Shown one piece after another: positions 57,173 through 64,000 of a stretch of 64,000 nucleotides of DNA (positions are counted from its first letter, which is position 1; every line of letters begins with the position of its first letter). A program made the translations under genes and the position numbers. The notes under the pieces were generated by a model that was not told where the DNA came from, did no database searches, and saw nothing but the letters and a program-made list of their open reading frames with translations. Source of the stretch: Candidatus Latescibacterota bacterium (lineage in GTDB: Bacteria > Latescibacterota > UBA2968 > GCA-2709665); the NCBI GenBank assembly GCA_965248435.1, contig OZ252100.1, positions 128,001 through 192,000 on the forward strand, in the 5' to 3' direction.

Positions 57173-57520
57173 ATGGGAGAATCCAACCACCAGGTCACTG
57201 CCTATCTAAAGCCACAGTGCGGATGGAGCCGAGGCGTCCGCGCTGTCCTCGCGAAATACGGACTCGAGTTTGAAGACAAGGACGTCATAAACGACCCCGA
57301 GAATTATGAAGAGATGGTGCGAAAGACGGGCCAGCCCATGCAGCCGTGCGTGGAGATCGATGGCGAGATGCTCATAGACGTCAGCGGTGAGGAGCTTGAG
57401 GCCCATCTGGTGAAGGAAGGGTTCAAGCCCAAGGGCCCCGAACCGGAGGTCCCGACGGATGCCGCGTGTGAGGATCACCAGACCCCTTCCGCGCCTATCT
57501 TTTTCGACCCGAGTTCCTGA
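57173..57520 (+). CDS. monothiol (CGWS) glutaredoxin
   Basis: AYLKPQCGWS, KTGQ..QPCVEIDG; AAGGAGG RBS. Confidence 0.85.
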   Translation: MGESNHQVTAYLKPQCGWSRGVRAVLAKYGLEFEDKDVINDPENYEEMVRKTGQPMQPCVEIDGEMLIDVSGEELEAHLVKEGFKPKGPEPEVPTDAACEDHQTPSAPIFFDPSS

Positions 57521-57552
57521 CTTTTATCTTTCGATCAACGAAGCTAGCAAAA

Positions 57553-57584
57553 AGAGGCGGTTCCCGGATCAGGGAATCGCCTCT
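57553..57584. terminator. hairpin after glutaredoxin
   Basis: AGAGGCGGTTCCC/GGGAATCGCCTCT stem. Confidence 0.5.
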
Positions 57585-57614
57585 CTCGTATAAATCTCCT
57601 GCAAAAGTCATGAC

Positions 57615-58325
57615 GTGACGAATCAAACCTCTCGGGGTCGGGACTGTTCTCTCCTACCCAGAAAAATCTCCAGCTGCACGCGCTGTCCCAGGCTCGTTGC
57701 CTACCGTGCAACCTTCGACCTTCTTGAGAATCGCAAATTCCCTCGTATCCCCTACTGGGCAAAACCGGTCGCCGGGTTTGGAGATCCGGAGGCCGAGCTG
57801 TTGATCGTCGGACTCGCTCCGGGCGCACACGGGGCGAACCGTACGGGGCGACCGTTTACGGGAGATGCGGCAGGGGAGGTGCTCTACGGGGCTCTCTATG
57901 AGCACGGCTTATGTAACATGCCGACCGTTTTGGGCAGAAAAGACGGCTTGAAACTCAAAAATGCCTATATTACAAATGCGGTTAAGTGCGTACCGCCTGG
58001 AAACCGTCCCACCGGGTCGGAGAAACAGGCCTGTTTGGACTGGTTTCGCGCGGAAGTGTTGAGATTGAAGCAGGTTAGGCTCTTTTTAACGCTCGGGAAA
58101 GACGCGTTCGAGGCCTGCCTGAGGCTGCAGCGGGAAATGGGGGGCGTGAATCGCCTGAAAGACTACCGATTCGCGCACGGAGGGGTCTTCCGCTTCAGGG
58201 AGGATTCGAGGATTCTACTGTCGAGTTACCACTTCAGCCGATATAACATGAATACGGGGGTGTTGACGCTCGAGATGGTTGACAGCATTTTCTCCAAAGT
58301 CAAAACATTGCTGTCCGAGAGGTAG
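57615..58325 (+). CDS. uracil-DNA glycosylase family 5 (UdgB-like, 4Fe-4S)
   Basis: CTRCPRL, GLAPGAHGANRTGRPFTGD, KCVPP.NRP..E..C, YHFS..N.NTG. Confidence 0.9.
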   Translation: MTNQTSRGRDCSLLPRKISSCTRCPRLVAYRATFDLLENRKFPRIPYWAKPVAGFGDPEAELLIVGLAPGAHGANRTGRPFTGDAAGEVLYGALYEHGLCNMPTVLGRKDGLKLKNAYITNAVKCVPPGNRPTGSEKQACLDWFRAEVLRLKQVRLFLTLGKDAFEACLRLQREMGGVNRLKDYRFAHGGVFRFREDSRILLSSYHFSRYNMNTGVLTLEMVDSIFSKVKTLLSER

Positions 58326-58329
58326 CCTT

Positions 58330-60162
58330 ATGTGTGGCATTGTCGGATGGATCGGCAGAAAACCAGCCGTGGATGTACTTCTCGCGGGACTTCAGCGGCT
58401 TGAATATCGCGGATACGATTCTGCCGGGATAGCCGTCATCGACGAGGGTGAGATTCAACTCGAAAGGTCAGTCGGAAGGGTGGCCGAGCTCGTTCGTAAG
58501 GTGAACCAACGTCCGCCCAAAGGGATGACGGGCATCGCCCATACGCGGTGGATGACCCACGGTGAGGTCAGCGAACGAAACGCCCACCCTCACCTCGATG
58601 CGAGCGGAAAAATCGCGCTCGCACACAACGGCATCATAGAAAACCACGCTGCCATCCGTTCTTTACTGGGGAAGGAAGGAGTCACCTTCAGGACGGAGAC
58701 CGATACGGAATCGCTTGTCCAGCTCATCGGCTACCTTTATGAAAAGAGTGATGATCTACTTGGCTCGGTAAGGCAGGCGCTGCGAGACGTGCAGGGAACC
58801 TTCGGTGTGGTGATCATCTGTGAAGATGAGCCCGAAACACTCATTGCGGCTCGAAGAGGAAGTCCTCTCATCGTTGGGATGGGAAACCAGGAATACATCG
58901 TGGCCTCGGACGGGAGCGCCATCGTGGAGCACACCGACCAGGTCGTCTACCTGGAAGACAACGAAGTCGTGAAGCTGGGCCCCGAAGGCCTCCAGGCAAC
59001 GACCATCGACGCTGAGCCGTTGGAGAAGGAAGTGGATACACTGGAGGTGTCGCTCGAAGAGATAGAGCTGGGTGCCTACGAATATTACATGCTCAAGGAG
59101 ATTTACGAACAACCGCAAAGCATGCGGGACGTCATGCGCGGTCGGATAGACGTGAGAGGTCGTCAGGTTACGCTTGGGGGACTGAAGACTCTGGAGCGGG
59201 AACTCGCCGGGTATCACCGCGTACTGTTGACGGCGTGCGGTACTGCGTGGCACGCAGGGTTAATCGGAGAGTTCCTCTTCGAAGAGCTGGCTCGGGTCCC
59301 CACCGAGGTCGAGTATGCGAGCGAATTGCGGTATCGGAACCCGATTATCGAAGAGAATACACTGGCCATTGCCATCAGCCAGTCAGGGGAAACGGCCGAT
59401 ACTCTAGCCGCGCTGCGCGAGGTCCAGACGAAAGGGGCAACGGCGTTCGGGGTTGTGAACGTCGTTGGATCGTCGATCGCGCGAGAGACCGACGCGGGCG
59501 TCTATCTCCACGTCGGGCCAGAGATCGGGGTGGCCAGCACAAAGGCATTCACGGCCCAGATTGCAGTCCTCGCAATGATCGCCACGAACATGGGCCGGAG
59601 GCGTCATCTCTCCCCTGAGGAAACGTTTCGGGTTCTGGACGAACTCCGTCAGATTCCAGACAAAGTGGAGCAAGTGCTCGAGTTGGATTCGCAGATCCAA
59701 GCCCTGGCGGCTCGACTGTCGGCTTACGACAACTGGCTCTATCTGGGCCGTGGGGTCAACTACCCGGTTGCGCTCGAGGGCGCGCTAAAACTGAAAGAGC
59801 TCAGCTACATCCACGCAGAGGGCATGCCTGCGGCAGAAATGAAACACGGTCCCATCGCTTTGATCGATGATGGTATGCCCGTGGTCGTCCTCGCCGCGAG
59901 AGATCACACATACGACAAGGTCCTCGCAAACATCGAGGAGGTCCGCGGGAGAGGGGGCTGCGTGATCGCCGTGGCAAATGAGCAGGATTCCGAGCTGGAC
60001 CGGCTCGCCGATGAAGTCCTCACCGTACCCAAAACCCTCTCCATCCTTTCCCCTCTGGTTACGACAATCCCACTCCAGCTTCTGGCCTTCCACGCTGCCG
60101 TGATTCGGGGAAAGGACGTCGACAAACCCCGCAACCTGGCAAAGAGCGTTACCGTCGAATAA
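58330..60162 (+). CDS. glmS: glutamine--fructose-6-phosphate transaminase (isomerizing)
   Basis: MCGIVG, EYRGYDSAG, HNGIIEN, SQSGETADT, VASTKA, PRNLAKSVTVE. Confidence 0.97.
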   Translation: MCGIVGWIGRKPAVDVLLAGLQRLEYRGYDSAGIAVIDEGEIQLERSVGRVAELVRKVNQRPPKGMTGIAHTRWMTHGEVSERNAHPHLDASGKIALAHNGIIENHAAIRSLLGKEGVTFRTETDTESLVQLIGYLYEKSDDLLGSVRQALRDVQGTFGVVIICEDEPETLIAARRGSPLIVGMGNQEYIVASDGSAIVEHTDQVVYLEDNEVVKLGPEGLQATTIDAEPLEKEVDTLEVSLEEIELGAYEYYMLKEIYEQPQSMRDVMRGRIDVRGRQVTLGGLKTLERELAGYHRVLLTACGTAWHAGLIGEFLFEELARVPTEVEYASELRYRNPIIEENTLAIAISQSGETADTLAALREVQTKGATAFGVVNVVGSSIARETDAGVYLHVGPEIGVASTKAFTAQIAVLAMIATNMGRRRHLSPEETFRVLDELRQIPDKVEQVLELDSQIQALAARLSAYDNWLYLGRGVNYPVALEGALKLKELSYIHAEGMPAAEMKHGPIALIDDGMPVVVLAARDHTYDKVLANIEEVRGRGGCVIAVANEQDSELDRLADEVLTVPKTLSILSPLVTTIPLQLLAFHAAVIRGKDVDKPRNLAKSVTVE

Positions 60163-60175
60163 ACCCCATCCAACC

Positions 60176-61444
60176 ATGCCGATCCGTCTCGCGGTCTACG
60201 AAGATGCTGGCTGGCGTTCCCTGCTTCCCCTCGTCTACGTGCGGGCGGTCTTCCAGCTCATCTGCGGGGCGAACGACCTCCTTTCCAGAATTCGACGCCT
60301 GACCGTCGAGGCGGATTCTTTCAGGGGTCACCCAGATCCCGACCTCTGGTGCAGATCGGAAATCGAAGAGATCGTTGAGGAAGAGACGAATCTCCGAGTC
60401 AACGCACCACTGGACGGTGCGACGCTCCTCCTGAACGGCCGGGGTGTCTGGACTGCGCTGCCTGAGTTATCAGAGGAGAACGCCTCCTGGGTGGGAACCG
60501 CTGACAGTCAGATGGCCTGTATCTTCGCCGCGGCCGATCTGGCACAGGGGCTTTCTTCCAGCGCACTACTCGAATCCGGTGAAGTACCGAAAGGGCTGGA
60601 AAACCTTCCCAGGCGTGATGTGAGTCACTGCGTCGACCTGATTCGCTGGCCGTGGGAGCTGGTCTCAGCGAATGGAGTCTCCCTCGAGGAGGACTGGAGG
60701 GCCTGCTCCAGCAAGGGTGTCATCGATGGTGGTGTGGACGAGGGCGCCCATATTCTCGGAGGCGACTCTGTGACCATCGGCTCCGGAAGCCGGATTATGC
60801 CTGGCGCCGTGATCGACGCGGAAACCGGCCCCGTTTGGATCGGGAGCGACGTGAAGGTCATGCCTCACGCCTACATCAAGGGTCCGACCTGGATCGGTGA
60901 CGGTTGTCGGCTGAACCCGGGCGTGGTCATCCGGGAAGACACCACGATCGGTCCATTCTCCAGGGTCGGTGGGGAGATTGTGGCCAGCATCGTCCACGGA
61001 CACGCGAACAAGCAGCATTACGGGTTCCTGGGTAACAGTTATATTTGCCCGTGGGCGAATCTTGCGGCCGGCTGCACGAACAGTAATGTGAAAAACACAT
61101 ACGGCAGAGTAAGGGTGCCTATCAACGGTGAGGAAGTGAATACTGGAGAGGCGTTCGTCGGCACCTTTGTCGGAGATCACAGCAAGGCCGGTATCAACCT
61201 CGCGATTCCGACCGGGGCCGTCGTGGGATTCTGCTGCAGTGTCTTTGCACCCAAAAGCCCCAGATTCGTCCGGAGTTTCAGTTGGGTCGACGGGGATCGG
61301 ATCGAGGGGTATGACGAGGAACGCGGGCTCGCGGTAGCAAAAAAGGTGATGGAGCGGAGGGGATTAGCGATGAGTCCCGCGATGGAGCGGGCCTTCCTCG
61401 CCGTCAGGCAGATTGCCGAGGAGATCGAATCTCGGAGTGACTGA
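60176..61444 (+). CDS. GlmU-related putative sugar nucleotidyl/acyl transferase with hexapeptide repeats
   Basis: LLPL..R.VF.L.CG, LLLNGR, hexapeptide beta-helix, GGEI..S..NKQH.GFLG.SY; follows glmS. Confidence 0.8.
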   Translation: MPIRLAVYEDAGWRSLLPLVYVRAVFQLICGANDLLSRIRRLTVEADSFRGHPDPDLWCRSEIEEIVEEETNLRVNAPLDGATLLLNGRGVWTALPELSEENASWVGTADSQMACIFAAADLAQGLSSSALLESGEVPKGLENLPRRDVSHCVDLIRWPWELVSANGVSLEEDWRACSSKGVIDGGVDEGAHILGGDSVTIGSGSRIMPGAVIDAETGPVWIGSDVKVMPHAYIKGPTWIGDGCRLNPGVVIREDTTIGPFSRVGGEIVASIVHGHANKQHYGFLGNSYICPWANLAAGCTNSNVKNTYGRVRVPINGEEVNTGEAFVGTFVGDHSKAGINLAIPTGAVVGFCCSVFAPKSPRFVRSFSWVDGDRIEGYDEERGLAVAKKVMERRGLAMSPAMERAFLAVRQIAEEIESRSD

Positions 61445-61486
61445 TCAGCGAAGTCCCTGCTGCCAAATCGTGGTCTGAAACGACAA

Positions 61487-61517
61487 AATCCCAGGTGTTG
61501 CCTGGGATTTCGTGTTT
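61487..61517 (+). terminator. terminator-like hairpin after the glmS operon
   Basis: AAATCCCAGG-TGTTG-CCTGGGATTT-CGTGTTT. Confidence 0.6.
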
Positions 61518-61665
61518 GTAGGGGTCTACAGACAGGCTTGCACTCGAGGGACTGGATGCCTATATTCTCTGCAGCTTTTCGAGCCAGCGCTGATCTGTAA
61601 AAGGTCAACGGGTGGATCAGATACTTTTTGTATCTTGTTATGGTAGAAATATATACACGGAATAT

Positions 61666-62010
61666 CTATACAAAGATGTCCAGGAGCGACTGCATCAGGC
61701 GGTCCTGGGTCCGCAGGGTGCGGGCGTTGCTCTTGAACGCCTCGCGCGCCTCGATCTGTTCTACGGCCTCTGAGGCCAGATCGACATTGTTCTGAGGCCC
61801 CTTTACGGCGCGCGCGATTTCCTTACCCTGCTCTGAAAGCTCAACGACGTCCGAGCGTGTGTCGACCCCACCCGAGGGACGTTCCTGAGCAGAAACGCGA
61901 TGGCGTGAGAATTCATCCGTGCTCACGTTGGCCACGTTGTGGGCAGAGGTGTTCATCCGTCTCTGGTTTGCGCGCAACCCGCTCAGAGGGATCTCTTCAG
62001 GCATCTGCAT
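61666..62010 (-). CDS. stand-alone minimal flagellar basal-body rod/hook-type protein
   Basis: LSGL.ANQ..M..AHNVANVST (rod N-terminal motif) and VDLASE.V..I..F..N..L..D..LLD (C-terminal motif). Confidence 0.8.
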   Translation of the reverse strand: MQMPEEIPLSGLRANQRRMNTSAHNVANVSTDEFSRHRVSAQERPSGGVDTRSDVVELSEQGKEIARAVKGPQNNVDLASEAVEQIEAREAFKSNARTLRTQDRLMQSLLDIFV

Positions 62011-62087
62011 TCTCCTCGAATTGATGATCCGCCAATAAGATACAGCATTTTACGACCGGTAGCAAGCCCTGTGGGGTAACCTTCCTC

Positions 62088-64000
62088 GTGAGACTCCTGA
62101 GCCGAAAACGCATCGATGATCTACGACATCGCTCTCGGGCGAACGCCTTTCATCCTGCATACCAGAAACTGAAGGATGAATCCGATGCTTTTCTGGCACT
62201 GAAGATGTGCCCACCCGAATCTCCAGCGGGGCTCTATCACGACTACTTTTGCCCTGACCACGGGGTAGAGCTTCTGTTCGACCCGACATCGCCCGATCGC
62301 CACCGATGCCCCCTGGGTAACGAAGTCTTCACCGGGGAGCCGTACGATTCGGCCAGCGCCTGGTTCGTCAACAATCGGCTTTCCGCGATGGCCTTCAAGC
62401 TTGCCCTCCTCTGGCAGATCGATGCCGAGGAACACACCTTTCTCGGGGTTGAAGAGATCCTGCTCGGTTACGCCGACCGCTACACAGGATATCCGCCGAG
62501 CGACCGCCCTTCAGGTAATGGTAAGGCCACATATCAAGCCCTCGATGAGGCTGTCTGGCTGATCCCTCTGGTGCAGGGATATGACTTGATCCGGGGCCAG
62601 ATCTCTGACGATGCGCGGAACAAGGTTGAAAACGACCTTATCCGACCGGCAGCCGAGCACATTCTGGGGCAGAAAATGCATCAGATCCATAACATCGAAT
62701 GCTGGTTGAATGCCGGGCTGGGGACCGTCGGGATCTGTCTGGACGACGAGACGCTCGTTCGCATCGCCGTAGAAGACGAGTTTGGGTTTCGACACCAGCT
62801 TGCAGAGGGGGTTCGGCAGGACGGTCTCTGGTGGGAGGGGTCATCGAGCTATCACTTTTACGCCTTGGCCGCATTGATGACCCACGCGCAGAATGCTTTG
62901 ACGAGCGACGACACTCTCTGGAAGTCCGACAGGCTCAAGGAGATGTTTCGGGCTCCCGTGGCCCTGGCCTATCCGGATCTCACACTTCCCGCCACGAACG
63001 ACTGCTGGTTCTTTACCTCTCTCGTGGGTGATGTCTGCCACGGCGTGCCCGAGGCCTCAGGGTTCTATGAGGTCGCATACGCCTGGTACGAAGACCCGAT
63101 TTTCGCCTGGGTCCTGAGCCTGAATTATGAAGTCCACCAGAGAGAGAGCCTGGAAGCCCTCGTTTACGGGCACGAGCTGCCCGATACCCGGGTTCGGATT
63201 CGCCCGGGCGGAACCCATTTCGAGGAATCGGGTTTTGCAGTCCTGCGATCCGCAGACCCGCCTGAAAGGCAGTCCAGTCTTCTGCTCAAATATGGCCCTG
63301 TCGGAGGGGGCCACGGACATCCAGATAAATTGGGCATCTCATTCTATCTGTCCGGATTTCCGGTCTCCCTGGACCTGGGCACACCGGGCTATGGGATCGA
63401 TCTGCACCGGTCCTGGTACAGGCAAAGCCTCAGCCACAATACCGTCGTCGTGGACGGGCACTCTCAGCCGCCAGCGGATGGGGAGTGCGTGAGGTTCGAC
63501 AGCGGTGTGCGGTCCGATTATGGCGTGGCCGACGCCAGGGTTTCCTGGGAAGAGGGGCCCTACGAGGGGATCTCGATGCGTCGATCCGTGCTCTGGATGG
63601 AGGAATACTTTATCGACCTCTTTGAGGTTCAGGGCACTCAAACGCATCAGTTCGATTGGGTCTGCCGATTTCGAGGTCAGTTCTCCTCTGCTTCGGGTCT
63701 TTCAGACGAGGGTCCAGTCGCACTTGAGGGGGACGGCTACGGCCACGTCGCCGAGCCGAAAGCGGCCATCCCAGACCGTTCTGTCAGCCTGGCGTGGGGA
63801 CTCCCGGGGGGCGGTTTTACGCTCCATCTCCCTCGGGAGGCTGGAGGCAGGCTCATCCGTGGAAAGGCACCCTCCAATCCCGCGTCTTCGTCCTGCGATC
63901 TGCTGATCCGTCGCCGAAATTGTGCCGCGACGACCTTCGTGACGCTTGTGCATCCCTGGACGGAATGCCCGAACATCTCCGAGGTGAGCACGATCGACAC
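62088..64000 (+). CDS. heparinase II/III-family (oligo-alginate lyase-like) polysaccharide lyase, truncated by the window end
   Basis: Not in the ORF track, presumably because it has no stop in the window; from GTG 62088: YHDYFCPDHG, QALDEAVW, HNIECW, GLWWEGSSSYHFY, GHGHPDKL, DLGTPGYG, SHNTVVVDG. Confidence 0.85.
   Translation, partial: MRLLSRKRIDDLRHRSRANAFHPAYQKLKDESDAFLALKMCPPESPAGLYHDYFCPDHGVELLFDPTSPDRHRCPLGNEVFTGEPYDSASAWFVNNRLSAMAFKLALLWQIDAEEHTFLGVEEILLGYADRYTGYPPSDRPSGNGKATYQALDEAVWLIPLVQGYDLIRGQISDDARNKVENDLIRPAAEHILGQKMHQIHNIECWLNAGLGTVGICLDDETLVRIAVEDEFGFRHQLAEGVRQDGLWWEGSSSYHFYALAALMTHAQNALTSDDTLWKSDRLKEMFRAPVALAYPDLTLPATNDCWFFTSLVGDVCHGVPEASGFYEVAYAWYEDPIFAWVLSLNYEVHQRESLEALVYGHELPDTRVRIRPGGTHFEESGFAVLRSADPPERQSSLLLKYGPVGGGHGHPDKLGISFYLSGFPVSLDLGTPGYGIDLHRSWYRQSLSHNTVVVDGHSQPPADGECVRFDSGVRSDYGVADARVSWEEGPYEGISMRRSVLWMEEYFIDLFEVQGTQTHQFDWVCRFRGQFSSASGLSDEGPVALEGDGYGHVAEPKAAIPDRSVSLAWGLPGGGFTLHLPREAGGRLIRGKAPSNPASSSCDLLIRRRNCAATTFVTLVHPWTECPNISEVSTID

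Noticed and set aside
58280-58330. glmS ribozyme
   Set aside because: glmS starts 4 nt after the UDG stop, leaving no leader

Overview
Bacterial chromosomal window, mostly metabolic and signalling genes. DUF6785/6784, PhyH dioxygenases, an enolase-superfamily enzyme, a TMTC-like protein and a DUF6800-like peptide suggest a Latescibacterota/Poribacteria/PVC-like organism (inference only). Main contents: (i) two tRNA-Pro genes, GGG at 910-986 and CGG at 12582-12658. The CGG gene carries two tandem, decayed integrative elements bounded by 46-47 bp copies of its 3' end. One holds a frameshifted tyrosine integrase and an intact 863-aa Rad50/RloC-like zinc-hook ABC-ATPase; the other holds a broken M15-type peptidase. 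(ii) A selenoprotein missed by the ORF track (21998-22735, WASW-Sec-GC thioredoxin fold, with a SECIS-like hairpin). (iii) A tightly coupled rtcB - COG0523 GTPase - archease - mobA operon, followed by a pterin carbinolamine dehydratase. (iv) Two paralogous xanthine-dehydrogenase-family Mo subunits with a single FAD and a single FeS subunit. (v) Signalling genes: a PAS-kinase/receiver-adenylate cyclase pair, a beta-helix sensor kinase, a receiver/pseudo-receiver HDOD pair and a PilZ protein. (vi) Housekeeping genes (ychF, folE, glmS, a UDG, yitJ-like, alkA-like) and a heparinase II/III-family lyase running off the right end. (vii) Several REP/MITE-like palindromes and candidate structured non-coding RNAs. 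Best candidates for an undescribed system are the RtcB/metallochaperone/archease operon and the lone RloC-like ATPase retained in the tRNA-Pro island. All family calls come from motif recognition by eye; no database searches were run.
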